A stretch of 63,817 nt of DNA, counting the filler, from Octopus bimaculoides (lineage: Eukaryota): assembly GCF_001194135.2 (NCBI RefSeq). It is 6 parts of 6 records of this genome, joined end to end, with 100 filler letters (N's around TTAATTAATTAA, not from the genome) between each part and the next. Parts side by side here need not be neighbours in the genome. Positions count along the whole stretch, not along the records: positions 13,844 to 39,338 come from NC_068982.1; 5 more parts are not named here. The stretch is one strand, 5' to 3'. Shown here one piece after another: positions 13,744 through 26,393 of the stretch. Each line of letters opens with the position of its first letter. Position 1 is the stretch's first letter. The notes under the pieces were generated by a model. That model saw only the letters and a program-made list of their open reading frames with translations, made no database searches and was not told where the DNA came from. The position numbers were made by a program, and so were the translations under genes.

Positions 13744-13843
13744 NNNNNNNNNNNNNNNNNNNNNNNNNNNNNNNNNNNNNNNNNNNNTTAATTAATTAAN
13801 NNNNNNNNNNNNNNNNNNNNNNNNNNNNNNNNNNNNNNNNNNN
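13744..13843. other. Synthetic scaffolding linker N44-TTAATTAATTAA-N44
   Basis: The same 100-nt block occurs five times; the 12-mer is palindromic with TAA in all six frames. Confidence 0.97.
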
Positions 13844-13883
<40 letters not shown>

Positions 13884-14634
13884 GTATGTCTATGAACGAA
13901 ATGTGATGTATAGGAAATCAGTTATGCAATCACATATGTTCGAAGCTACAGTAAAGCTTATCAAGTTATCTTCCTCCCTGTACGCACAAGTTGTTCATTT
14001 TCACTTCCTTGCCATGTAAAGTTACGGAATCGTCTGATTTGAACCATCAACTGAAAGGTTTTATGCCTCTAAGTTAAATCAACCTGATCCCTTTATAGAT
14101 TCTAACACCCTCTTAGCTATTATTCTATATTTCTTTGCTGCGTGATTGACTGCTATAAGATGAATGAAAAAACACCAAAAAAAGAAATGGAAGTTAGACG
14201 TAACATTTCAGAAAAATAAATCAAATTGGAAATCTAATGAAAAACTATCAAGCGACTAGAAGGAAACTTCCTTGTAGACTATTTACTAGCAAGTACTGAT
14301 AGACATGCCAAAGTGAGATCGTGCATCAAACGTGCTTTGAACAATGATTCATAATTTGTAGATTCAGATGATTTTGGTAATAAGATCAATTTTAGGAAAA
14401 GAGTAGGAAGGGAGACCACTCCCATTCTAAGTATTAATTTTGCAAAAAAATATTCTGTGATGCATGTTTTATAGCGTGGTAGACTGATTTTTAAAAGGTA
14501 GTTGGCAACACTGATATTTGACTTAATTTCACTTCCTTAGCAAACTACACTCACAAGCGGTTTCAGATCTTCAATTGTTATAACATAAGTCGTTGCCTAA
14601 TATTGGGAGCAGAATATCAGATCTTACGTATCAC

Positions 14635-14635
<1 letters not shown>

Positions 14636-14692
<57 letters not shown>

Positions 14693-14707
14693 CAGCAGCA
14701 GCAGCAT

Positions 14708-14745
<38 letters not shown>

Positions 14746-14746
14746 C

Positions 14747-14778
<32 letters not shown>
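14636..14778. repeat. (GTA)n/(GCA)n microsatellite
   Basis: Read directly. Confidence 0.95.
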
Positions 14779-16638
14779 ATGTTATGATATAGGTGTAAGT
14801 ACATGTATGTCCTTTCTGTTTTCCACGTTTATAATTATAGCTGCTCACTTAAGTCATATTGTTTTTTATGCTCACCACTGTATGATTAATGTATTATTTC
14901 AGATGTTAACGTAGTATCTATTATGTTTATTGACAAACAAATTATTTACTCTCATTGAATATTAAATGTATTGGGGTTCAGTACATTTTGTTTGCATTAT
15001 CTATGTTGTTATGATTAATATATTAACATTTAGTAATTAAGAAATATCTGAAATTCTCGTTCAAAAGTGTGCGGGTCCGCGTCTATGCATCCCTGCATTT
15101 CATTGTTTGTTTTGTGTCTCTCTCTGTACGTATATGCATTTTGCATGCGTGTCTGCTCGCCGACGTGGTTTTACCTTTGTTTATTTGTATATTCATTACT
15201 ATATTTACTTTTTGTTTTGTTATTTGCGTTCAGTGTATACTACCTACTCTCAGTTTGTACTATCTAAATATTTGGGATTACTATTTACACATGACAACAA
15301 TGCAAAGACTATCTTCAGTGTTAAACCATCAAAGGAACCTCATACTTTTTCCATGAATGCGTAAACAAGCCTCTCTCTGTCATTAAGGTATTTCTTCTTC
15401 CTAAGTTATCTAGGACGAAACGTTATTTAGGAGCTTGTTAATATCCGTTTCGGTTTATAACAAATTTGCTAAATAATTGTGTGTTAAATTCAGCAATAAT
15501 AGGTCTGCTTTTATATTAGTTTGAAACAAAATAGCTTCATTGAGCATTCACATTGTAAAAAACTTACTTCACATTTTATAAAATGCGTTAGATATAGGAT
15601 TCTTGAAGTAAACTCTATAAGGGCGATAGGGACGATGATATTTGTATGCTGGGAGAAAATCCATATTGGGATTTTTATAAAGCACTGAAGTGCTGAAATC
15701 TTAAATTTTCGATATTCCTACACGATTGAAAGGTCTGTAATATCTAGTACTTGATATGTGAAACATCTTACACTTATTTTCTGCTTCGTTGAGGGTCAAC
15801 GGGTTTCAATGTAATATCATATATGTATATCTGTGTGAGTGCGTGTGTGTGTGTACATATGTATAGATATAAGTATATATATATGTATATATATATATAT
15901 ATATATATNNNNNNNNNNNNNNNNNNNNNNNNNNNNNNNNNNNNNNNNNNNNNNNNNNNNNNNNNNNNNNNNNNNNNNNNNNNNNNNNNNNNNNNNNNNN
16001 NNNNNNNNNNNNNNNNNNNNNNNNNNNNNNNNNNNNNNNNNNNNNNNNNNNNNNNNNNNNNNNNNNNNNNNNNNNNNNNNNNNNNNNNNNNNNNNNNNNN
16101 NNNNNNNNNNNNNNNNNNNNNNNNNNNNNNNNNNNNNNNNNNNNNNNNNNNNNNNNNNNNNNNNNNNNNNNNNNNNNNNNNNNNNNNNNNNNNNNNNNNN
16201 NNNNNNNNNNNNNNNNNNNNNNNNNNNNNNNNNNNNNNNNNNNNNNNNNNNNNNNNNNNNNNNNNNNNNNNNNNNNNNNNNNNNNNNNNNNNNNNNNNNN
16301 NNNNNNNNNNNNNNNNNNNNNNNNNNNNNNNNNNNNNNNNNNNNNNNNNNNNNNNNNNNNNNNNNNNNNNNNNNNNNNNNNNNNNNNNNNNNNNNNNNNN
16401 NNNNNNNNNNNNNNNNNNNNNNNNNNNNNNNNNNNNNNNNNNNNNNNNNNNNNNNNNNNNNNNNNNNNNNNNNNNNNNNNNNNNNNNNNNNNNNNNNNNN
16501 NNNNNNNNNNNNNNNNNNNNNNNNNNNNNNNNNNNNNNNNNNNNNNNNNNNNNNNNNNNNNNNNNNNNNNNNNNNNNNNNNNNNNNNNNNNNNNNNNNNN
16601 NNNNNNNNNNNNNNNNNNNNNNNNNNNNNNNNNNNNNN

Positions 16639-16915
16639 ATTTGAAAATTAGTTATGAAACACGTGTAATCATTTTATTATATTTATCTTATGATATTTAC
16701 TTTGCTTTATATTATACTCATTAATTTTGCTTTTAATTGTTAATTTTTCTATATGTGATAGTGGATTTTCATCGATGAGTTCTTGAAACTTGGTTATTTT
16801 CCCTAAAACTATATATTTTATATATATTTTATCTATAAAGCTCAATTTAATTTTAATTTTTTATATATTGATTTTAATTGAGTTTTTACCTGTAATTTTG
16901 GATTTTGTCCGTAAT

Positions 16916-16920
<5 letters not shown>
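16639..16920. mobile_element. AT-rich dispersed repeat family H, copy 1
   Basis: Highly similar to 35171-35409 and 62562-62736 (gtgatagtggattttcatcgatgagttcttgaaa core). Confidence 0.85.
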
Positions 16921-16965
<45 letters not shown>

Positions 16966-19900
16966 CATAGATACGTGTGTGTATATCTATGTGCTTGTCA
17001 TTATATCTATCAATGCGTGCATTTATAGGTGTGTAAGTGTGAATGTTTATATGTATCTCCATGGTTATTTGTGCTTCTTTATATTAATGCAACTTCCTAA
17101 AGAAACGCCACTTTTGAAAACGTTTTGTATATACATTTGATCATTTATGCGCAGACATAATACATATCCACAGATACATAAACGATAATGTGAATGTACG
17201 TTTGTATATATAGAATATATGTACACACAGACACACACACACACACACATATATATATTTATATACATATATACGAGTAGGTGTGTGCAGATATGTATCT
17301 ATATAGGAGTGTGTATTGTTGTGTGTGTGTTGTGTGTGTGTGTTGTGTGTGTGTGTTGTGTGTGTGTTGTGTGTGTGTGTTGTGTGTGTGTGTGTTGTGT
17401 GTTCATGTGTATATGATTCAATATGTGGATGTGTATCCTTATCTGTATATATTTCGCTTTTGTTTTTATAGGAAAAAATAATCGCGAGACATATGATCAC
17501 ACACATACATACGTGTGTATGTGTATACATGTACATATATGTGTATACATGTACATATATATATATATGTTCATATATATATACATATATATATGTGTGT
17601 GTGTGTGTGTGTGTTTGTGTATATATATATATGTGTGTCTGTGAGTGTGTGTGTGTACATACATGCATACATATACTCCATATGTACATTTACATACCAC
17701 CACGAGTAGTAGTTTTATGAGATGTATACAAGCTGCTGTAAACTGTAGTTTCAATAACATTGAGCGTATGTGTGTATGTATCTATGTGTTATTGTTTTCT
17801 GATATGTCATATTTTTCTTTTAAGTTTTGGTGTTTTATATATATTATCACATGATAGATGAAAGAAACGGTTTGAAATAGCGTGTATTTTGCTGCTGGCG
17901 ATGTAAAATAAAGTGGGTTGTACGTGATAGATAACAGAGAAAGAAAGACACTACTTTGATTCGTTTTTAACATGCAGTTAATACAAAAAGCAGCATGTAT
18001 CTGCCTAGAGTGTGAAGAGAAAAAAAACTGATAATAGCATCAGCATCTTTAAACGAAGAGGGAATAAACAATATGATATTTGTTTTGAAATTTGGAATAA
18101 TGGCGGATATTAATGTAGTAGATGAATGTAAACTGACATCAAAACGAACATTTCGAACACGTTAACAACATAAAGAGAATTTATCATACATGTTTGTGTT
18201 TTGTATACGTATTTGATTATGTATTTGTATATTTGATATATAGTCATATATATGTAAGGAAATATATGCATGCCTGTATCTTGTGTATGTATAAATATAT
18301 GCGTATCATGCACACACATATGTATTTATATTTGTTTGGATGATTTATCGCACGCTTTACATTACTTTCTCTTTCTCTGTATATACATACTGATATAATA
18401 TCGAATTAAATGAGCACATTTATCAGTTGTTTTGCAGGAGTGATTGACATTGTAGCCATAGAATGCCGTACTGTTTATCGGCGATAAGAGTAACGGGTTT
18501 TAGAACCAGCTTTGGATATAGAAATGTGTAGCGTATGGAGGACAAAAATGGCGTGAAAAACAATAACAATTAATTTATTAATGTTGGAAGAAAGTAACCT
18601 GTCGCATATTCGATTCAATTCAACAATATTATTTATAGTGCAGTTTAATTAGCAAAGTATCACTAAATATCTTATGTATTTCTCATTTATGATAATTCCC
18701 TTTAAGTAACGTTTAATACAATGTCAGTAAACTATATTCAAATCATTTTAAATTTCAAAATATCTTTAAACATGTATAAACACACTGTCGTTTCATTTGG
18801 CTATTTCTCTTCCTTGCATACTTAAGCTCGTGCTGGGAGAAAGGACTGATGTGTTGGAGTAACAGTGTTTGACAGTTGCTCTTTATTAGGATTAAAATAC
18901 GATCGAAAATATGTTATTTTGGTCACATTCTCAATGACACACACAATTACTCGGTCGACATTCTATATCTATACTGTATTCTGGCAACGCTTTATTTCTA
19001 TAAACAGGTATATAGTGATACCAGGGGACATAGATATATAGTATATCTTATTCATTCTACAATCATTTATGCTGATGCTGCCGTTACTTAGGTCAGATTC
19101 TCTAGATCTACCATTAACGATTCTCCGGCCGTGACTATTTTATCGTTCTTAGGGCAATATGATTTAACTCCTATGTAAGCAAGCAATTTTGCAGAGACTA
19201 TGTTGTTGACTATCTTTTTTTAGCTCATGCAATCTATCGGATTATATAGCATAGGGACTTCTCCTAATAGTTAATATAAAACATTATATAGTTAAATATT
19301 TTGCTGTGTTTACTAGATCTTCGTTTCACAAACTTTTCCTAATCTACAATGTTATGATCTATTGAGGTGATGTAATCTGGTTATTTGGTAACCACAATGT
19401 ATCACTCACTTGGAGTAACTACTTCTAACAGAAGTATTGATAGCAATATTCTTGTACATATCCAAATATGTATCGGTAACTATTGATATCTACTTTTGAT
19501 AAAAGACTATATATCTAACGTTTTATGTACAAATTATTTTACGCCCACGGAGTTGCCAAAGGATGACGATCCTCGTTCATCAACTTCACAAAAAAACACG
19601 AAGGATAACATGGTGTTGTATTAAACACATATGCAGATTAACTCCAAATTAAGTACAATGCCTCTGATACGCTCTCAATAAGTTTTCACTGTCCTGAGGA
19701 TACGATAAAACATTGCTGACATTTTGTGCATTACGTTTGAGACCCCGAAATTAGTCAAATGTAAAGCGGAATTTTTAATGTTACTATTGACAGAGGGGGC
19801 GAAGTAAAGTCGGTTGTCATTGAACTCAACATCAGAGAAGAGAGAAATGTAATTGAAATCATGCATGCTATATAATTTATTGCCCCAGTGACTAGGCAAA

Positions 19901-20004
19901 CCAGCGCCCAAATGCGCCTCTGTATATTGAACTCCTTACAATCAGAATCTAATATAAATGTTTTCAAAAACAAATATTTACTTAGGTAAATATAAACATA
20001 AAAC

Positions 20005-20220
20005 AATAATCCGTTCTACTATGGGCACAAGGCCTGGAATTTGGGGGAGGGGGATATTCGATTACAGCGATCCAAGTACTCAACTGGTACTTAATTTATC
20101 GATCTCAAAAGGATGAAAGGCAAAGTCGACTTTGTCGGAATCTGAACTCAGGACGTGACAAAAGACGAGGTACCGCTAAGCATTTCGCCCGGCGTGCTAA
20201 CGATTCTGCCAGCTCACTGC
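20005..20220 (-). mobile_element. SINE family C
   Basis: Reverse-strand match: ggtacttaatttatcga...ggatgaaaggcaaagtcgac...cgtgctaacgattctgccagctc. Confidence 0.9.
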
Positions 20221-21014
20221 TCAGGTAGCTGAGTGTTAAAATTGGTTGCCACTTAATATATTACCTTCGGCGGTATGTAATTATAGCCAGACTGCAAACA
20301 AAACAACAATCTTTCTAAATAAAAGACGCCAAGTATACAGTACAGTAACTTTCTCTTTCGCTTAGATGAAGTCTTAAAAGATAATTACTTCTCATTAAAC
20401 CCAACAATAAACAAATGTAATTCAAAATATAATTTGTTAAACGTGCCACCTACGTGATAGACAAATCAAAATGGTGACCTTAGGTTAATATATTTTAGTT
20501 TTCAATATCAAAACATGTTTACAAAGTCAGCTGGTAAATATAGCCCAAAACAGTATATTTCTGACCAAATTACAAATATGAACGAACGTGTAGGCCAAAT
20601 AAATCAAAAGCAGGCATGAAAGTGAATTAATTGATCGGTACAGACTGACCGTACATGTGTTCGGTAGATAAGGTCTATTAGCAGACCTAACCATCTTTAA
20701 GTTTCTGACGGATACGATGATTAATAACATAATTACCAATGTGTCATAAATGAGCCAGCAGCAACGTTATTAGATACACTAGTCTTAGTAATTATTGCTA
20801 ATTTAAATTACAATAACGGAAGATGCTAATATATCAGCATATAGTTTCATATACTTGCAGCTATATGAAAGACAACATTAACATATGCGAGTATTGTTCG
20901 CCTGTGATTGCTTGTCTGTTTATACCTATGTGAGATAGTGTGCAATTGTGTCAATAAGAATCTGCTTGTTTATATGTTAGTGCTTTCTGAAGTGTTTTAT
21001 GGACCTTCTACTTA

Positions 21015-21192
21015 CACATGGCTTAGTGGTTAGGCTGTTGGATTCATGTCGTAAGATTGTGATTTTGATTTCTAGAGCAGGCGATACGTTTTGTTCTTGA
21101 GCAAACATTTTATTTCTCGTTGCTCCAGTCCACTCAGCTCGTACAAATAAGAAGTCCTGGAAGGCATCGGCGTCCCGTTTAGGAAGAAATAT
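21015..21192 (+). mobile_element. Degenerate tRNA-derived SINE related to family G
   Basis: atggcttagtggtt head; gttcttgagcaa...tgctccagtccactcagct matches 53700-53750. Confidence 0.65.
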
Positions 21193-21214
21193 ATATTTTT
21201 CATTATTCTTTCAT

Positions 21215-21246
<32 letters not shown>

Positions 21247-21844
21247 ATANNNNNNNNNNNNNNNNNNNNNNNNNNNNNNNNNNNNNNNNNNNNNNNNNNN
21301 NNNNNNNNNNNNNNNNNNNNNNNNNNNNNNNNNNNNNNNNNNNNNNNNNNNNNNNNNNNNNNNNNNNNNNNNNNNNNNNNNNNNNNNNNNNNNNNNNNNN
21401 NNNNNNNNNNNNNNNNNNNNNNNNNNNNNNNNNNNNNNNNNNNNNNNNNNNNNNNNNNNNNNNNNNNNNNNNNNNNNNNNNNNNNNNNNNNNNNNNNNNN
21501 NNNNNNNNNNNNNNNNNNNNNNNNNNNNNNNNNNNNNNNNNNNNNNNNNNNNNNNNNNNNNNNNNNNNNNNNNNNNNNNNNNNNNNNNNNNNNNNNNNNN
21601 NNNNNNNNNNNNNNNNNNNNNNNNNNNNNNNNNNNNNNNNNNNNNNNNNNNNNNNNNNNNNNNNNNNNNNNNNNNNNNNATATATATATAAACACACATA
21701 CCTATCTATACATATAAAAATACACATGCACACATGCACCCATATACACATATACTTGTATATAAATACATGCGCACATATATACACGCATATACATATA
21801 TGGAAGGCAAATTTGCATAGGGAACGCTGGTACTTTTAACAAAT

Positions 21845-22962
21845 TGCCGTGAAGAAATTTGACGTCATAGGGCGACAGAAGAGAAGGAAAAGAGAAAGAG
21901 AGAAAGAAAACTTAAATGAGAAATTGAGGTATAAGCAAACAGATAATAAATGATAGGTGGAAAGGAGCGATGAAGAAAAGAATAGGAGGTATGGGAAGTA
22001 AGAATAAAGATTAAGTTGCAGATATTATTACGTAAGGGCTCGATATTATTTGAAATTCCTGAAATATTTCCAATGCAAACACCTGTAAACACGTTTTTTG
22101 TAGGTGATGACCAGTTTATGTTTGGAAAAGATTATAAATAGTTTTTCGTCCGTACAAAGAGGGCAGAATGATCTCCTTTTACCATAGGGGATTTGATTTT
22201 GACAAAATTTTCCAATCTAAAGACAACTGTTTATTAGAGTCTTTGAGATGCCAAATTAGTTTACTATGACCTGTAGAATTACGTTTATGAATACATTTAA
22301 ATGTGGAAAAGTGATTTTCGATACGTCGTTTCAGTTCTGTAGAAGCAAGTCCAATATAGAAGATTTTTTTAGATCCAGAGTTAATTTTACATTGGTAAAG
22401 AGCCATTGTAATTCTGCAATTTCCGTTGAGAACACAAATTTTATTCGGACCACAATTACAAGGACTATTACTATTGATACTATTATGTAAGGAGATATTA
22501 TTGTTATTATTATTAATGTTATTTCAGTTATCAAATGAAACCCTTTTAGTTTTAAGAATATAGTTGTTATGCGAGCATATAATCTGTTGAAGGTAACTGA
22601 TGTTGGAGAAGCCAATTCTGATTCGGTAGATGTTGAAAATAGAGTGGTACCTGGAATTTTTAGGTTAGTTCCTATCGATAGCTGACGAAAAATATAGGGA
22701 AGATTATTTTTAACTTGTTATCCGTATAGAACAATCAGCTAGATCTTTTTGCTAGGGTATTTGATTTATGGAGAGATTTATTATGGAAAAACCTAACTTT
22801 TTTTTTAATTTTACAGAAAAAGAATGGGCGAGTATAGTTACTTCCCTTACACTTTTCGAAGATAAGGACTTTGGCTATTTTGATATAAGAGGTTATTATC
22901 CGGATTATTGTCTATGGGAGAAGTAATATGAGTATTATTAGTGTTATTATTATTATTATTAT

Positions 22963-23018
<56 letters not shown>

Positions 23019-23255
23019 TCATAATTACTATCATCTAGATAATTAGAGTTAGAACCAGGATCAAGATGGTTGTAATACATAATTTGTTCTTTATATCCTG
23101 CCTTACATAAGACTCAATTATAGAAAACACCGTTATTATTGAAAACGGGTATATTGGCAGATATTTTAGAGATATTTTCTGTCACTATATGTCATTTTTA
23201 TAATTACTGATATGATATAATATGTCACATGTGTTTGTACATTGTTATTATTGTC
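21845..23255 (-). mobile_element. Penelope-like element: RT C-terminus, microsatellite linker, Cys motif, GIY-YIG endonuclease and 3' region
   Basis: NISKISAN..FNNNGVFYN*VLCKAGYKEQIMY, CNCGPNKICVLNGNC (22416-22460), ALYQC...FYIGLASTELKRRIENHFSTFK...RNSTGHSKLIWHLKD...WKILSK, CPLCTDEK. Confidence 0.9.
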
Positions 23256-23349
23256 CATTTAGTAAACAAATAAACAAGTAAATTGACCCAATACAATGTC
23301 TGCAAGTTGATGAATACCACCTATTGATCCCCCCTTACTTTCTTATTGC

Positions 23350-23392
<43 letters not shown>

Positions 23393-23413
23393 GTACATAC
23401 ATATATGTGTGTG

Positions 23414-23487
<74 letters not shown>

Positions 23488-23588
23488 TATAAATATTATA
23501 TATATGTGTGTGTGTGTGTTTGCGTGTGTTTGTGTGTGTGTGTATGTGTGTGTGCGTGTGTGTGTGTGTAAGTATATGTGTGTGTGTA

Positions 23589-23625
<37 letters not shown>

Positions 23626-24384
23626 GTGTATTTGTACGAGCCCCTTCCAACAAAACGAGAGAGATATTGTTAACCAGATTCAGAAATCTTACAAATTGCA
23701 TGTGACCGTGCACAAGACTGAGGAAATATTACGTGCATAGAACCCATCATGTATCTAAATTTGCAAAGAAAAGAGCTAAATAATAACTATAAAAGATTAC
23801 GCTACGCTACGGGGTATTACGGTTGTTCTGAGTAAAACCCTAAACATAGACGATTGAACTGAAGGCTTCAAGATTAGAGACCCTCATTTTAGTCAGAAGA
23901 ACCCCAAACTTATTTTTTACTTAAACCCTCTGTTAGGTTCATGTGCTCCTCAAATTCTGATCTAGGCAGAATAAATAAGGTCATGCCAGATAGGATAACA
24001 ACTAAAATTACACACTTCACCAATTTGAACTTCTTGGATAATTCTAGCGAAATTATTAATCGGTCCATTAAGCTGTAAGATATATATCATTCCTCCAGTT
24101 CGACATAGACAATAATCAATCTTCGATATCTCCTGTTCCGCTAAATACACAGACAATTATTATTTCTTGATATCTCCTTATTCCACTGAGTAAGGCCCTC
24201 AATTATTAACGAGGGAATTGATATTATCCTCACGGCTATGCGTACTCTGATATGTTTCTAGGAGTATTTAATGTCCCGCTTAGCCGTAATAATGCCTTTG
24301 AAGTTTGAAGTGACAATGAGCTAACCCGATCGTGTGGCTTTATTTATACCTTGTATAAGAACTCCAGAAAATTTCCCCATATAT

Positions 24385-24725
24385 TGGTGGAGGTTTGCCT
24401 TGTGATGATAACCTACTCACTATTATTAGCAGTCCCTAGAAAAAATAAAAAAAGAAATTACTCAACATTTTCCAAAATCTTAATTTAACAATCTCGTTCG
24501 TAGAGGGAAATAACGCTGTTAATTTTCCAGACATAACTTTAGATTTAATCTTACAACGATAACGCCCTTACTATAAGCCAAACAAAAATCTACAATATGT
24601 CCATAGTTCCTCTATGTTAAAAACATGGTTAAAAACATATCCATTAATGTCTAATTTTTTCGGCAACAAAACGATATTCCAAAGAAATGCATAATATATC
24701 AATGTAATCCTGAAACGGATTATGG
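24385..24725 (+). mobile_element. Penelope-like RT C-terminal fragment, degraded
   Basis: IGGGLPCDDNL (about GLYRDDGL), KKKLLNIFQNLNLTI, VNFPDITLDL, RPYYKPNKNLQYVHSSS; has stops. Confidence 0.65.
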
Positions 24726-24817
24726 TCAAGTGGTATCATATCATGACAGTATTAAACATAAGCCTGATACTTGCTATAATAATAAGACGTGTAGGATTAA
24801 CACATGGCATATGTTGG

Positions 24818-24878
24818 GGAGGTGCATTGGCCCAGTGGTTAGGACAGCGCATTCGCTGTTGTAGGATCGCGATTACGA
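24818..24878 (+). mobile_element. SINE family E head fragment
   Basis: ggaggtgcattggcccagtggttaggacagcg...gtaggatcgcg matches the 8311 head. Confidence 0.75.
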
Positions 24879-25029
24879 AAATGTCCGGTAAAAACCTTCT
24901 GAAATGGATTTATAATATTGTGTTTTTGTTAATGCTTGTGTGTGCCGTGTGAATGGACTTTTTAAAAGGATGGTGAAAAGAGCACTTCTGTTATGTATGT
25001 ATGCACTTATGTATGTATGTATGTATGTG

Positions 25030-25126
25030 ATTATTAAGTTTTATTCCAAGATTTCTTACCAATAGAGAATGAGCCGGTTTCTAACCTAGTTCCAAAGCTC
25101 CTTCGTTGGAATTTCAACATCAACAG
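25030..25126 (-). mobile_element. Family B repeat, copy 2, embedded in (TATG)n
   Basis: Reverse-complement homology to 7659-7759. Confidence 0.75.
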
Positions 25127-25204
25127 CGTATTTTTGTTTGTATGTACATGTGTAAATTTGTATGTATGTATGTATGCATGTATGTATGTATGTATGTATG
25201 TATG

Positions 25205-25437
25205 TATGTATGTGTATTTGTGTTTGTGTTTGTTTGTCTTTGTGCTTGTCCTCCATCGCGACTTGAGGACCTGTGTGGCTTTCTTTACGTCCCGAAAGTT
25301 AACGGTTGTGTTAAAAGAAACCGATTTATGTACTACAGTTAAAAATAAGTACAGGGGTTCGGTATTTCTCGGCCAAAACCTTCGAGGGAGTGCCCCAGTA
25401 TGTCTGCAGTTTAATGACTGCAAGGGAGTAAAAAAAA
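25205..25437 (+). mobile_element. Degenerate 3' half of SINE family A
   Basis: tttacgtcccg...aaagaaaccgat...aataagtacagggg...ccccagtatg.ctgcagt...tgactg parallels 40700-40880. Confidence 0.65.
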
Positions 25438-25659
25438 ATATACTAAAGATTTGATGCGTTCGACCTATTACATTTAAACTATTCGAGGTTCAGCTCTGAT
25501 GCAAACGTTGCCAAACTCCCACCGCTGCGCGTACACACGGGTCCTCCGTTTTTGAGAGTGGTCTATGACGTAATACAAAAAACTCAGCAACTATAAGAGA
25601 AAATAACATGGGTTTTGACTACATACTATTTTATTTCATCTGCTACATTTGTTTTTCAG

Positions 25660-25725
25660 TATTCCAGAGTACATGACGGCACGCTATAGATACAGTCGGA
25701 AGATACTCCTCATAGGACCGGCATG
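25660..25725 (+). CDS. Candidate 66-nt exon of an unidentified host gene (IPEYMTARYRYSRKILLIGPAW)
   Basis: Acceptor tacatttgtttttcag|, donor |gtaagt, only one open frame, unique non-repeat sequence. No homology recognised. Confidence 0.5.
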
Positions 25726-26347
25726 GTAAGTAAGCACCTCATAAGACAAATAAAATAGAAATACAAATGAAAGATAAACAGTTAATAAGCAACATACGTA
25801 CGAATGCATATACAAGCATCTGCGTATGCTCATACGCTGGTAATGATGATGATGCAGTGAATGACGCAGCTGTAATTGTGTAACATTAATAATAAGAACG
25901 TAAACAATAACTACAATATTGAAATGAAGCAATGATGAAAATCACAATTCTGGTTATATATGCATGTCTATCTATATGCAGGCATAATTATATAGAATTA
26001 CAAGTTATATTTCTTTAGTTTAGTCTTTTACGTGTCAGAATTTGTTAAGGTTGCATATAACCGATTTCAGATATATGTATCTTTGTGTTGTTTTACTTCA
26101 TATCGATTCTTAGATGGTGAAAGGAATAATGAAACCGGAGGTAACTGGCGAATATTATGCCATATATTGATGTGTTTATTGACTTCATACTAAGTTCGTG
26201 TATATAAATGGAAGCTATCTTGAGCTCATGAACTCTTATGTAGATTTATGCAACGCATAGCCTTTGGCAGCATTTATAAACCTTAATCTCACTTACCACT
26301 CTCACTATTCCCCAACTTTCCCCTTCTCCCTCACCCGTCCCTCTGTT

Positions 26348-26393
<46 letters not shown>

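Noticed and set aside
18095-18560. YY1-like aaaatggcg / taatggcgg motifs as a promoter
   Set aside because: Short motifs with no supporting exon structure.
19770-19875. Protein-like frame GIFNVTIDRGGEVKSVVIELNIREERNVIEIMHAI
   Set aside because: No convincing splice acceptor and no recognised homology.
21845-24725. The two Penelope fragments as one inverted element
   Set aside because: Their overlapping RT C-terminal regions are not similar at the nucleotide level; more likely separate insertions.
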